Source of the DNA: Nitrospirota bacterium
GTDB taxonomy: Bacteria; Nitrospirota; UBA9217
DNA length: 64,000 nt
Direction of reading: 5' to 3'
Assembly: GCA_963845065.1 (NCBI GenBank)
Contig: CAWJQQ010000001.1
Location: 416,001 to 480,000, forward strand
Shown here one piece after another: positions 32,501 to 42,242 of the stretch. Positions within the stretch are counted from its first letter, which is position 1. Each line of letters begins with the position of its first letter. Both the position numbers and the translations under genes were made by a program. The notes below the pieces were generated by a model. The model searched no databases and was not told the DNA's origin. It saw only the letters and a program-made list of their open reading frames with translations.

Positions 32501-33219
32501 GGAAGGTATTTTTTAAACAGGTCACGATCCGAAAAATTGTATTCATAGGAAGCATCATTGGATGGCGACACGATGAGCGTATAGGCATCCGTTCGCATAA
32601 TGTTTATCCTTGCGCTGGATCCGATGTCCATCGATTTGTAAAAGTTTTCAAAATATTCGGGTTTGAAGGATATCGCAACAATACCGGCAAAATCACCTTT
32701 TTTGTTCAAGATTTTTTTTGCTATTATGAATCGCCACAGATTATTGATTCGGTTTCTAAAAACCCTGCTTATATAAATATCTAATTTGGTGTTGTCACGA
32801 AGGTTAATGAAAAAGTCCCGATCCGAAATATCTATATGCTTGGCTGGCAATTCTTCCGAATATGCTTTTAATATCCCTTGCCTGTCGACAATAAAGGCTG
32901 CTGCAGTCTGTGGGAGTTTAGCGATTTCTGACTTGATGATGTCATGCAATGCATTCTCGTTGGGCATGCTGGAGACCCTGTTCGACGAGATACGGTCACT
33001 AATGATATCCAGTGTCTTTTCTGCTTCACCAAATGCACGTGAAGTGTGTTCATTAAGTGCTTTTGCATAGCCCAATAGTTTCTGCTCAGCATTAACTATG
33101 GTATTCACATAACTATTGTATATTTGATATGAAGTTACACCTGCAAGTAAAAGAACGAGCAGCGTAGAGGTTAAAATCAATGAAAAACGTAGTTTTCTAT
33201 ACCTACCATAACCCGTCAT
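29566..33219 (-). CDS. hybrid sensor histidine kinase (Cache, ~4 PAS, HisKA/HATPase, REC)
   Basis: AAAGGAG RBS; GIAHDFNNLL, NIILNADQAM, GSGLGLA, C-terminal REC (ILDLT). Confidence 0.95.
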   Translation of the reverse strand: MTGYGRYRKLRFSLILTSTLLVLLLAGVTSYQIYNSYVNTIVNAEQKLLGYAKALNEHTSRAFGEAEKTLDIISDRISSNRVSSMPNENALHDIIKSEIAKLPQTAAAFIVDRQGILKAYSEELPAKHIDISDRDFFINLRDNTKLDIYISRVFRNRINNLWRFIIAKKILNKKGDFAGIVAISFKPEYFENFYKSMDIGSSARINIMRTDAYTLIVSPSNDASYEYNFSDRDLFKKYLPVSSAGFYRAPLFGFDRSDRIAAYSRLSTFPALALVSLRTDEILSEWKSQTIRQVSAAAVVLLVFVLSSVVLTRQLKKLEESERKLNERALMLAENDERYRFAEGISHMGSWDWDIPKGTMAWSDEIYCIYGLKPTVFGASYKAFLDRIHPEDVQKVAAALDKSLEDKSIPYDVEHRIIRPDGTERVVHETGRIFRNEIDKPMRVFSIVHDITEHKQAEEALLYFQMAVGSATDAIGMATPDGRHYYQNEAYTKLFGLSIREVDGVSGPPATVYADEKEGRKVFDIIMNGGSFVGEVKMLDKDRNEKDIFLRAYPIKNKEGKIVGLVGVHTDITVQRQAEQKLRKSESQLRESQKIARLGNWDLDLASQVLYWSDAMYKLFDKSSENFVPSFNEFARLVHPNDYAMMQTNFDNALKSDASPFHVAVRIINDSGREWVMEAFGVARRDTSGIALSIFGTAQDITERKQAEEKIRQSEQFIRGILDTVDEGFIVVDRNFRILTANKAYCSQVGSCAEMIIGRHCYEISHKINRPCYEEGEECAIHQAIETGKPHSALHHHKDANGNFLYVETKAFPIKNASGVVTSVIETLNNITEKHLLEEERLKTQKLESIGTLAGGIAHDFNNLLQGVFGYISLAKMSMNNREKSSTALEQAEKALHQSVNLTTQLLTFSKGGKPVRKPANLRLVIENATRFALSGSRSESHIVADDNLWWADVDEGQIGQVIQNIILNADQAMPVGGRVEIRAKNIQAPNKDLPQLLKKDKYVEVAIGDSGIGIAAEYLDRIFDPYFTTKEKGSGLGLATSYSIIRNHNGLINVKSELGKGTIFTIYLPATTVAVQHEKQIEQTLLSKAEYTGRILIMDDEKLVRDVAGELIIALGHEVEFAKNGDEAIEMYKAALKGQRPFDVVILDLTIRGGMGGLETVQQLLKTDPNVKAVVSSGYSDDSVTANYEKQGFKAFMNKPYDVNALREVLNRMLNI

Positions 33220-33481
33220 AATGTGTTTAAGCTCCTTTTTTGCCGTAGGACCGAAAGAGAGCGATGAAAGTACTGGATGATTATCATATATCTGAGACAA
33301 TATAAGCCGGACAAAGGGTGGTGTCAACGATGTCGATTAGTTTTTTTTCATGGGTATAGTGAGCAATACGTGTTAATAATTGAAGTGTTGCTGAGAATGG
33401 AAACTTCAACGCATGGAGGAGGTGGTTGCGTTTTTATTGTGATATAAAAAAAAGACTACAATTTCAAGCAGCATTCAGATC

Positions 33482-33591
33482 CATAACCCGAAGGGGTCTT
33501 TCCCAAATCCGTCAAGGCTACCAAAATTATCAAGGGGTTACAGCACCTGCAGTAACCCCTGTTTTCTTATCAGGACAGTTTCAGGACAGTT
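33482..33591 (+). other. degenerate tRNA-fMet 3' half + hairpin + arm-like repeats (relic att site)
   Basis: CATAACCCGAAGG..CAAATCC..GCTACCA (33482-33523); AGGGGTTA/TAACCCCT hairpin; tandem TCAGGACAGTT x2 (33570-33591). Confidence 0.6.
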
Positions 33592-34021
33592 AAGCATCCT
33601 CTCGTACTATCGTTGTGAATCGGATGTCCGAAAGCACGGAGCATATGACTAGGTAGGGGTGTACCTAAACCCTTAACTAAGGCTCCCACAAAAAACTCTC
33701 AAATTGAATGGAAATTCTGTATGGTTGTCATACGAGATTATACGCTGCATCTTGCCAATCATCGAAATCCTAGACAAAAAGTCGCTTTTCCGTATAATCA
33801 ATGCATCCGATGATGAGGTCTGTTGGTGGCATGAGAATCTTCAATTAATGAAGATTGCAGAGCGAGGACTGTTGTAGGGGAAGGAAGACATTAGCAGCGT
33901 CCGAGATATTCTGCACATCCATTCAATCTGGAACATCCGCATAATTCGAGAAGAATTCGACACGATACATTGCAATCAGATTCCTTCAGGTCATTCAGAA
34001 CAGACAACTCCGCCGTCTACG

Positions 34022-35029
34022 CTATTGCCAGATTGTTTGGAGCAATTGCGCTAGGTGAGCGCCGGCCTTTACTAGCTGCTTCTTCTTGATGTCATACATC
34101 CATTTGCAGTATTTCGCTGGAAGTGTCGTGCTCCAGTGACCGTTCTGCTGGTTACTGAATTTGAGACCCTTAAAGGCCTGCCTGGCCACACCGAGAGTGT
34201 CGTCAGCCCAATGCGTAGGCCAGTCGAAGAGTTGACCATCCGTTGAAGGGATTGCCGCGGCCTGCTTAATAAGGGCAGCGTTTACATGGGAAACGGTCAA
34301 TGACGCCGGAATACCATCCCACAAGGCGTGAAGATTATGGTTTTTCCCTATGACCGTGATCTCATTGCCGCCGCGGGTGCTGGTATTCTGGTCAAAAGTA
34401 CCTGCGTCAGGATTGACACGCTTTCCTTTTGTGTCAAGGAACACCGCGCCGACATGCAGAGGTTGATGGATGTCACCGACGTAATGGGTCAGCACCAGGA
34501 GCGCTTCACGTTTATTCTTAAAACTGAACGGCGCTGGCGCTGAATCTCCTTTCAGGACATGGGTTGCAGCAGATATCGCGGCTACAATATCGTCGTCGCG
34601 CGTACCAACAAAGTTGCGATCATAATGATCGTGCTGAATGGCGACGTCGGTATAATGATACTGCTTATGGCATGATTCCTCACCGGGTTTAGGAACACAA
34701 TTCTTGTCATTTCGACGCACGAAGTCACTCATCTCCGCTTCCAGAGCAGGGGTCTCGTAGATCTTGCACTCCGGGTATTGACCCTCGGTTTGATAGGTGT
34801 AATTCTTCCTGGGATCAATGCCCTTCGCACAGTCAGCCCAAACCGAAGCGTCCTCCAAGCTGAGGCCACCCAGGATCATTTTGATCTCCGTGGCGGCGTG
34901 AGAACCGGCAATCAGGCGGTCGGCGATGGCACCCACCGTATGGTGGCCGTCCGGTCCCCAGCCGAAAGCTTGGCTGGAAGCTATGAGGATACTAAACCAA
35001 CAGCAGAGTAAACTTTGCCGTAAACGCAT
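34022..35029 (-). CDS. secreted S1/P1 nuclease
   Basis: Signal peptide then WGPDGH; WAD; HYVGDIHQPLH; RGGN; NLHALWD. Confidence 0.93.
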   Translation of the reverse strand: MRLRQSLLCCWFSILIASSQAFGWGPDGHHTVGAIADRLIAGSHAATEIKMILGGLSLEDASVWADCAKGIDPRKNYTYQTEGQYPECKIYETPALEAEMSDFVRRNDKNCVPKPGEESCHKQYHYTDVAIQHDHYDRNFVGTRDDDIVAAISAATHVLKGDSAPAPFSFKNKREALLVLTHYVGDIHQPLHVGAVFLDTKGKRVNPDAGTFDQNTSTRGGNEITVIGKNHNLHALWDGIPASLTVSHVNAALIKQAAAIPSTDGQLFDWPTHWADDTLGVARQAFKGLKFSNQQNGHWSTTLPAKYCKWMYDIKKKQLVKAGAHLAQLLQTIWQ

Positions 35030-35170
35030 TTTGCATCTCCATTGAGAAAAAAATCGTCCTAAATACTTTGATGCCTAAGAGCAATCTTGTGCCAAGCCAC
35101 GGTATCTCGACTTTCACCCAAATTACGTCAGCCAGCATCTGCCGAGTTACTGCGGGATTTTTTATTCAGA

Positions 35171-35854
35171 TCAAAAGTTCGGAGCATAAAAATAATACCC
35201 GATGCCAAGCGTAAACACGAAATTACCGTATAGGGCGTGTTCAATCGAAACGACCAGGAGCGATCTGCTCTCCAGATAAGTCATCGCCCAGAGTAGACCG
35301 ACAACGAACGAACCGATGACTGCGACCCAGTTCCTAAAAAGAATATGGGCGAATGCAAATAGTGCACCGTTTATTAAGATGATTACTCTCCTATGCGCGA
35401 ACAGCGAACTATACCGGTGAAAAAAAAACGCTCTGAAAATGATCTCCTGCGGCACGACCGAGAGGACAGGATAGGAAATCATGATAAGCGCCCATTTCGC
35501 AGGATTGTGCCGAAGAATCGCTAGAAAGTTCCCCGGCTCGGCAAGAATCACATACAGCGCGAGGCAGCTTGCGATGATCACGAAGCGCATGGACAAAGTG
35601 CGCCAGTTGCGGAAACCGTTCAAACCGAATCGACTGCGATCGAAGGTCTTGTCGAACAAAAGCAGGACGAGGCATACGAGGCAGATAGCCAGCATTGCGA
35701 TGATTTTGTGATGGGGGACTAAATGACCCGAGAGAAGAAGAGGCACACCGAGAAAAATCCCGGCCATCTCGAGCCATCGCACCAATTTCATCGGCATCAT
35801 GCTCATGCTGATCGTCCAAATAACCGGCATCTGTCCATTGATCTCGTTCTGCAC
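35171..35854 (-). CDS. CPBP (CAAX/Abi) intramembrane metalloprotease
   Basis: QEIIFR, FAFAH, EHALYGN; start uncertain. Confidence 0.85.
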   Translation of the reverse strand: MQNEINGQMPVIWTISMSMMPMKLVRWLEMAGIFLGVPLLLSGHLVPHHKIIAMLAICLVCLVLLLFDKTFDRSRFGLNGFRNWRTLSMRFVIIASCLALYVILAEPGNFLAILRHNPAKWALIMISYPVLSVVPQEIIFRAFFFHRYSSLFAHRRVIILINGALFAFAHILFRNWVAVIGSFVVGLLWAMTYLESRSLLVVSIEHALYGNFVFTLGIGYYFYAPNF

Positions 35855-35862
35855 TACTTTTG

Positions 35863-37098
35863 CTACACGTAGGAGGAAGGTTCCTCCTGCTCGAAACCAT
35901 TGTTTTGACAGATATTTTTGTAAACCATCGCTGACAGTCTAGGTGTGCGTTTTTGCGTTGGGTAGTCGATTGCAATCAATCCGAAACGCGGCCAGAATCC
36001 CTTATCCCACTCAAAATTATCCATAAGCGACCAGTGAAAATATCCACGAACATCTACGCCTTCGGAAACAGCACGATGGACATTCATCAGGGTTTCTTTT
36101 ATGAACCATGCTCTCTGCTTATCTTCCGCATCAGCAAGGCCATTCTCAGTTATGTAAATTGGCAGTTTATATTTTTTTAAATCTTTAAGGACGTGATATA
36201 TCCCTTCTGGGCATAGTTCCCAACCCATATCACTCGTTTTGACATTCTCATTTTGATTAGTTCGCCCATGTATGCGGATATAGAAATAATGATTGAGTCC
36301 TATAAAATCCTGCGTACCGGAAAGTTTATTAAGAAAATGAAAATTCCAACTCCAATCCAAGAATTTTTTTATGATAACATTCTGTAACTGATCTTTAAGC
36401 ACTTTAAAATAAGCATTATTCTTTGCTATGCCAATCAGTGCAAAGGAATTAATATCTTTCATCTTTTTATACGCCAATCGATGTGCGTGGATGAGATTGT
36501 AATAAACTTTCAAAGCAACCAGCCAACTTTTTTCTTGAGGAGGCCATGCGCCCATTATGTAGCTATTTTTCGCATAAATTTCTGCTTCGTTCAGTGTGAT
36601 CCAAAACTTTACGTAAGTCAGCTCACTAACCATCTTCTCCGCGAACCGCGCAAAATATTCTATATTTTTTCGAGCGGCAAAACCGCCCTTGTCCCTAAAC
36701 CAGATCGGAAACGTCCAGTGCCAGAGTGTAACAAAGGGTTCCATGCCATTTTTGCGGATAGACGCAATGACCTCACGGTAGTGCTCAATTGCTGCAGCAT
36801 CAAAATATCCTTCTTGAGGTTCAACGCGAGACCATTCGATGGAAATCCGGGTTGCCAAATGGCCTAAATCTTTTGCCAGACGAAAATCTTCCTCGTAACG
36901 ATGATAGTGGTCAGCCGCAGTGCCGGAAATAAAGTTTTTTTCACCGTATTTTGCGATAAGACCGTCGCGTTTTAATTGCGCCAATCGTCCATGCGATATT
37001 TCCCATTTACTCCATTGGTTTTGAGTGTTCCCCTCGACCTGGTGGCTGGCTGTTGATGCTCCCCAGAAAAATCCTTTTGGAAATTCGAGTTTTACCAT
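35863..37098 (-). CDS. glycoside hydrolase family 1
   Basis: FPKGFFWGASTASHQVEG, TLNEA, ITENG, DNFEW. Confidence 0.95.
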   Translation of the reverse strand: MVKLEFPKGFFWGASTASHQVEGNTQNQWSKWEISHGRLAQLKRDGLIAKYGEKNFISGTAADHYHRYEEDFRLAKDLGHLATRISIEWSRVEPQEGYFDAAAIEHYREVIASIRKNGMEPFVTLWHWTFPIWFRDKGGFAARKNIEYFARFAEKMVSELTYVKFWITLNEAEIYAKNSYIMGAWPPQEKSWLVALKVYYNLIHAHRLAYKKMKDINSFALIGIAKNNAYFKVLKDQLQNVIIKKFLDWSWNFHFLNKLSGTQDFIGLNHYFYIRIHGRTNQNENVKTSDMGWELCPEGIYHVLKDLKKYKLPIYITENGLADAEDKQRAWFIKETLMNVHRAVSEGVDVRGYFHWSLMDNFEWDKGFWPRFGLIAIDYPTQKRTPRLSAMVYKNICQNNGFEQEEPSSYV

Positions 37099-37698
37099 TG
37101 ATGTTTATTTATCCGAACTTTGACAGAATCGATAGAGATGCGCTTACCGAATCCCGATATGTTTCATTATCAGCGATTAAAAAATGAGCTTAGGTCCTCG
37201 GCTCTCCGGAACTTTCGTGTATGTCCTGCAGTCAGGATATCTCGAGCACTTAAAACCTATAGTAGTCTTGTCATAACTGTATAGAGATGCTACAGCAAGA
37301 AACGCATAACGGTCTCTTCTGGGCTCTCGTACGACAACAGTTGATAAACTGCATCCCACACTTCAAACAGAGCTAGCTCTGCTTGCCTGTCCGCGTCCAG
37401 CCGTCACGATAGACGGCAATCGATTCTCACGCCGGGCACTGTACATTATTAATCATGTTTTTAGATATCGCTCAAGATATGGATAGTTGACACTCTTGCT
37501 GAAATTACGCAAAGTGTATCGCGGTCAATGATTTGTCCACAATAGAATATTATGGTTGCCAGTCATGATGGTTGGAGTCTATTTTTTACTGCAACCGCTC
37601 TGTTACTCCCTGGATCATCACTCTATAGGCAGGAATGCCTTAACTTCGGCATCCTTTTTCGTTCGGTATCGCTCATGATAAACAGCTAATTTTAATTA

Positions 37699-37878
37699 TT
37701 AATTGCAGTCTGCACGCCACAGACAATTCTTCTGACCGCATGTCTGAACAGAGAATGTAGCAAAACAAGAATTGTTTCCTTCTGCTTTTTGAATAGCTCT
37801 GATGAGATCTGTTTTATTCATATTCTCACTATTAACGCCTTTCTTCTTTGCAATGTCCTTGATGTCCTGAATTTTCAT
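37699..37878 (-). CDS. small Rho-N/SAP-like protein with Cys-rich tail
   Basis: AGGAGG RBS; IKDIAKKKGV..KTDLIRAIQKAEGN..CF..CGQKNCLWRADC. Confidence 0.85.
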   Translation of the reverse strand: MKIQDIKDIAKKKGVNSENMNKTDLIRAIQKAEGNNSCFATFSVQTCGQKNCLWRADCN

Positions 37879-37984
37879 GCCCAACCTCCTTAATAAGTCA
37901 TGGTCTATAGGATAATATATCCATTGCTAATCAGTATAGCACAACGGCATGTTGTTCGTATATGTCCGAAATTTGCACTGCTGT

Positions 37985-38578
37985 TCACCGGGGGCGGTTC
38001 AGGGGCAAAAACCGAGACGGGACTTTCCTGCGATACTCTTGGTACTCTATCCCGAACCTTTCAGAAAGTTCCCGCTCTTCAAGAGGGATAACTGCGATAT
38101 TGACTATAAGAGCGTCAAATAAGGTTACTACACCGAGTGCCATCACGCCGGTACAGAGAAAAAGACCAAGGAGCATCAGCGTATGAGAAAGATATGTCGG
38201 ATGGCGAATCACGGCAAAGGGGCCTATCGTCACGAGCTTGCCTGGCGCAGCCTTGGTCACTTCCGGCATACCCGTGATTCCCGGGAGGGTGAGAAGGACA
38301 AGCGTCCATGACTGGAGACCAGCCCCTATGATGAAGAGAAGCGCGCCTGGAACATTTACGATAGCAGGAAGAGCGATCAGGTGCGATAGCAGAATGTCCC
38401 GAACCCTGAATATAAACAGGGCAACAGGAAGCCAAGTGATGAATGGAAGGCTATAAGTTAAGAATCCCAGCCGCCGAAAAAATCTTGGGCAAGAGTGAAC
38501 GGGAATCCAAAAGAGGGGAATAGCCGGCCACAGCAAGAGTGCAATAAAAGCCAGTAAGTCAGTGAATGAAAGTCTCAT
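37985..38578 (-). CDS. isoprenylcysteine carboxyl/phospholipid methyltransferase family
   Basis: LVTIGPFAVIRHPTY; EEREL..RFGIEYQEYRRKVP. Confidence 0.9.
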   Translation of the reverse strand: MRLSFTDLLAFIALLLWPAIPLFWIPVHSCPRFFRRLGFLTYSLPFITWLPVALFIFRVRDILLSHLIALPAIVNVPGALLFIIGAGLQSWTLVLLTLPGITGMPEVTKAAPGKLVTIGPFAVIRHPTYLSHTLMLLGLFLCTGVMALGVVTLFDALIVNIAVIPLEERELSERFGIEYQEYRRKVPSRFLPLNRPR

Positions 38579-38822
38579 TGGTTTTTACAACCGGAAGAAT
38601 GGGCGCCATTCAACCCTGAATTGGCACAAACTACCTCCAGGACAGATCGAGATAATTTTATTCACAGCATGCGTCATGTGGGCGTAGGTTGTACACCCAT
38701 CGACGGTGATCATTCGTCTCTTCACAAATCTATCCTCCCCGTCAAACAATTCTGCAATGCTGCTTCAGGGATTAATGTGAGGCCATATAGATGTTGCGGT
38801 CTGGTAGACAGACCTAATAATT

Positions 38823-39269
38823 CTATTCCTTGTTGCGCCTCTGCCTCAGCGCGTCCTTCAACAGTTGCAAGCTTCCCGCGAACCCTCTACTTTTGAGAAT
38901 TGTCCAGAATTTGGAGAACCATGAATATGTGAACGTCAGTGGAGAGATCAAATTTTTGTCCAATGCGTAATCGTACTCCCAGACCAGCACGTACCTTGCG
39001 CCAAGGTCTTTGAGAATTTTTCTGGTCTTCCAGCGGTCCAGATCCAGCGAATAGACGTTGATCGCGCTTGGATTCCCGTTCCAGTATTTTGCGCTCTCAA
39101 TCTCCCCGGCATCGATAAAAGGAGCCAGTTTTTCGGCAAGTTCTTTGATCCGGTTCTCGTCATCAAAGATGATCCATTTGCCACCACTTCGCGACCACGT
39201 TAAATTATCGATCAAACGCTGTGTATCAGGCAAAAGCCGGGTCCAGATGTCATCTTTAATTTGGTGCAT
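38823..39269 (-). CDS. hypothetical protein (GGKW motif, possibly DUF1917-like)
   Basis: 148-aa ORF; SGGKWIIF, SAINVYS. Confidence 0.6.
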   Translation of the reverse strand: MHQIKDDIWTRLLPDTQRLIDNLTWSRSGGKWIIFDDENRIKELAEKLAPFIDAGEIESAKYWNGNPSAINVYSLDLDRWKTRKILKDLGARYVLVWEYDYALDKNLISPLTFTYSWFSKFWTILKSRGFAGSLQLLKDALRQRRNKE

Positions 39270-39795
39270 GCCGCTTCACTTTCTGTCATGGTCGAAAATT
39301 AAACTTTTTGATATGCAGATTGCTTTCGGATGGTTGCCGGCTTATGATTGATGACAGTTACTGTGAATATATCACTTTTTAAACCGCTAAAAAAATATTT
39401 CACAATTCTGATCATTAATTATAAACTCTGCCGCGATTAAATTGCTTGAACTACAAGCGCATTATAATACGGTGAATTAAAAAGTTGCAAGTTTGTTAAT
39501 TTCAAGTCTTTAGTCTCATATTCTTGAGGCGAAAGTTTATACTCATAGCATTGCTACGGGGAAGGGGTGGTTTGATAACCAGAACGAACACTATCCTACA
39601 GCCCTGATTTTACTAGAATTTTTAAAGAGCTCTGCTAGCCTAATTAAGTGTTTGAAAGTTAACAAAATGTAGTGAAAACAAAATTATGATATACTTTATT
39701 ACCCTAGGTTATCGTCTTGGGTTCCCTTCATTTCTCTGGAACGGTGCTATACTTAAAGTGGTAAAAAAAGTCATCAGAGAAAAGGGGTGATCTAT

Positions 39796-39975
39796 ATGAT
39801 CATCAACTTGGAGAAGAGGGAAAGGGACTTGCTCGTTAGCGAACTGGAGGAAACCACGATCCCGCAAATCAGGGAATTGGTAGCCTCGGGCATGAGGAAG
39901 AAAAGTCGGGATGAACTGAAGGAGGATGAGGTCCTACTCAAAACAGTGCTCGAAAAACTGAAAATGGCCGCATGA
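39796..39975 (+). CDS. small hypothetical protein
   Basis: GGGGTG RBS; 59-aa charged helical ORF. Confidence 0.7.
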   Translation: MIINLEKRERDLLVSELEETTIPQIRELVASGMRKKSRDELKEDEVLLKTVLEKLKMAA

Positions 39976-40157
39976 TTCATAACATTTGAAGAACGTTAAA
40001 AAAAGGGAAGTGTATATTGTGTCTTCAAGAACAGGGGAAAGGTAGATAATGTAATATTTTTTGTGCATTCAGTCTGCCAAAAATTTTTAATGGTGGTCTG
40101 TATTTGGGACGTGTAAAGTGGATGTAAGTGATTTTTAATTCTAGAGCTTTAACAATT

Positions 40158-40452
40158 AGGCGTTGCCGAACTGACCAAGGATTAAACGTATCTTTAACTT
40201 TCGTTGAGGGCCTTAAGCACCGACGTGACGTGATATAGAATCGGTAAACAGCAGTGCGGAAGAGCTGTTAAACCGTCAATTTGCAGGTCACCATAGGATG
40301 GAAAGCGAAGGCTCCTGAGGCCGAAGGAGAATTCGGCGAAGAAAACTAACCGCTTCAGAATTTGTGAGAGCGAATCAAAGAAGCGATCGTGAATCTTACT
40401 GAATATCCCGGGGTTCAAAGGAATGAATAAGATACGGGTCAATGCAACGTCT
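40158..40452 (+). ncRNA. candidate large structured non-coding RNA, family unassigned
   Basis: Three stacked closing helices enclose at least five hairpins; G-U pairs point to the + strand; a terminator follows. Confidence 0.6.
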
Positions 40453-40473
40453 TAAAATTTTATTGTCAAAAAC

Positions 40474-40512
40474 AAAAGCCGGTAGGAGTTGATATCCCTA
40501 CTGGCTTTTTTT
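40474..40512 (+). terminator. intrinsic terminator
   Basis: AAAAGCCGGTAGG..CCTACTGGCTTTT hairpin + T run. Confidence 0.85.
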
Positions 40513-40525
40513 ATAAAACCTGTCC

Positions 40526-40651
40526 TTGAATACCCAGCAGTTCTACTGCTGGGATGAAAAGGACAATCCTGACGAAGTCAGGAGAAGAATCTGATTGGTT
40601 TTAGGTTCTGTCGGTTTTGATGCCCCGCAGCTCTGCTGCGGGGTAATTCAC
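40526..40651 (+). mobile_element. non-autonomous IS200/IS605-type mini element (PATE-like)
   Basis: Two related hairpins, CCCAGCAG-N5-CTGCTGGG and CCCCGCAGC-N3-GCTGCGGGG; the second is followed by TAATTCAC, as in IS605-type right ends. Confidence 0.65.
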
Positions 40652-40805
40652 TTCCTCAAGAAAAAAAACTTCTCGACGTCATTCATTATCATGGGACGAA
40701 CATTTTTTTGTGATATCATTAAAAGCTGTAATACCTGTTTTCCCATAGGCTCCCATGATGGTCACTTCAACGCTTTAGTCGCCCGCTGTTTTTTTAACTT
40801 TTCGC

Positions 40806-41800
40806 CGGGGATTCCCCTTCCGTAAGGGAGGGGATGAAGGGCGACGTTTTTTGACAAAAGTAGATTTACGTGGTAATATGTATAGTATTTCAATGTTGAA
40901 AACTAAAGCTTACAAATACCGCCTCTATCCTCCTAAAAAACAAACATTGATGTTCGCTCAAACCCTTGATGTCTGCCGAGTGCTTTACAACTCCTGCATT
41001 GCAGACAGGAAGAATGCTTTCGAAAAGACCGGCAAGGGTCTTACCAGGGTACGCCAACAAGAGATCCTTAAAAGCGATAAGACCAGAATAAATTCCCTTG
41101 AAGGCATCCATTCCCAAGTCTTACAGAATGTTTTATTTCGTGTTGAGCGCTCCTATCAAAACTTTTTCCGGAGAGTTAAAGGCACGTCCGGTAAAGCGGG
41201 TTACCCAAGGTTCAAGGGGATCGGACAATATGACTCCATCCATTATCCGCAGACTCCGGGGTTCCAGTTACTAATACCGCAGAATAGCCAAAGTCATCGT
41301 GGACGCCTTAAACTCTCCAAAATAGGGACGATTAAAATAAAGCTTCATCGCCCAATTATCGGGTCTGTCAAAACCTGCAACGGTCAAAAGAGAACACGAC
41401 AAGTGGTTTGCCTGCTTTTCCGTGGAGTATGTGCCTATTCCCGAACTAGTATCTGACAAGGCCATCGGCGTAGATGTTGGCATACATAATTTCGCTGTTC
41501 TTTCTACGGGTGAGACGATAGTAAATTTTAAGTACTTGCAAACCACCGAGAAGAAACTCAGAATGACGCTTGCTAAGCTTCATCAGAAGGTCCATAATCA
41601 GGGTTTTGACTTTCATCATAAGACCTCCTGTAAACTCGTAGATACTTATGGTTTCATCGTAACAGAAGACCTGAATATCACAGGCATGGTCAAGAACCAT
41701 CACCTTGCCAAATAAATATCCGATGCTGGATGGGGACAAATTCTCAATTATCTTGCATACAAATGGGCGGCGTCGGAGGGCGATAAAACTACGAGGTCGT
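40806..41800 (+). mobile_element. tnpB: IS200/IS605-family element with TnpB pseudogene
   Basis: End hairpin TCCCCTTCC-GTAA-GGGAGGGGA; TTGACA-N17-TAATAT; KAYKYRLYP, GYPRFK, AIGVDVG, TEDLNI. Frameshifts are present and the C-terminal Zn-finger/RuvC-III is missing. Confidence 0.85.
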
Positions 41801-41879
41801 CGGTCTCATTCTAGGGAGCTTTGCCTCCGCGGTCTGGGTGGAATGACATCGCTGGACAGTCCTCATACTGACATTTCTC

Positions 41880-42230
41880 TTCATCGACGGTGCATTTAAC
41901 AAAGTTCACAAAGAGAAAATCAAGCATGGCTATGGAGCCTCCGAATCCTTTATGGGACAATGTTCCGTGCGCCGTGGCGGCTTTCTGCACATCTCGATCA
42001 CTTCCCTCAAGGATACAACCTTCGCAATTGATGTCTTTCAGTTGAGATCTCGCCTTACCGAAAATATCCGGTGTTATAATATGGACCTTTAGGTTTTTTG
42101 ATATGCTGTTGAGATTGCCTTTTACACCAAGGAGAAGTTTTCCATCGACCGATAACGTGCGGGTATAATCCGAAACCAGACGCCCAACTTGCCCCAAACC
42201 GAAACCATTGACATCAACTTCAAACTTGAC
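41880..42230 (-). pseudogene. degenerate second copy of the HAD/soluble P-type ATPase-like gene
   Basis: LVSDYTRTLSVDGKL..HIITPDIFGKA parallels LVSDFTGTLSVNGQL..HILTADTFGKA of 43633-44103; the C-terminus is lost. Confidence 0.7.
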
Positions 42231-42242
42231 AATCTTTCTTTT

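Noticed and set aside
33482..33523. Functional tRNA-Met
   Set aside because: No 5' half, and the T stem cannot pair
35081..35095. Sigma54 promoter upstream of the S1/P1 nuclease
   Set aside because: Only 9 nt between GG and GC; 10 are required
37177..37359. Topoisomerase-type zinc-ribbon gene (CSRYPDC)
   Set aside because: Only a short motif, with no RBS or context; at most a remnant
40893..41800. Active TnpB/Cas12-like nuclease or CRISPR system
   Set aside because: Frameshifted and truncated; no repeat-spacer array seen in the window
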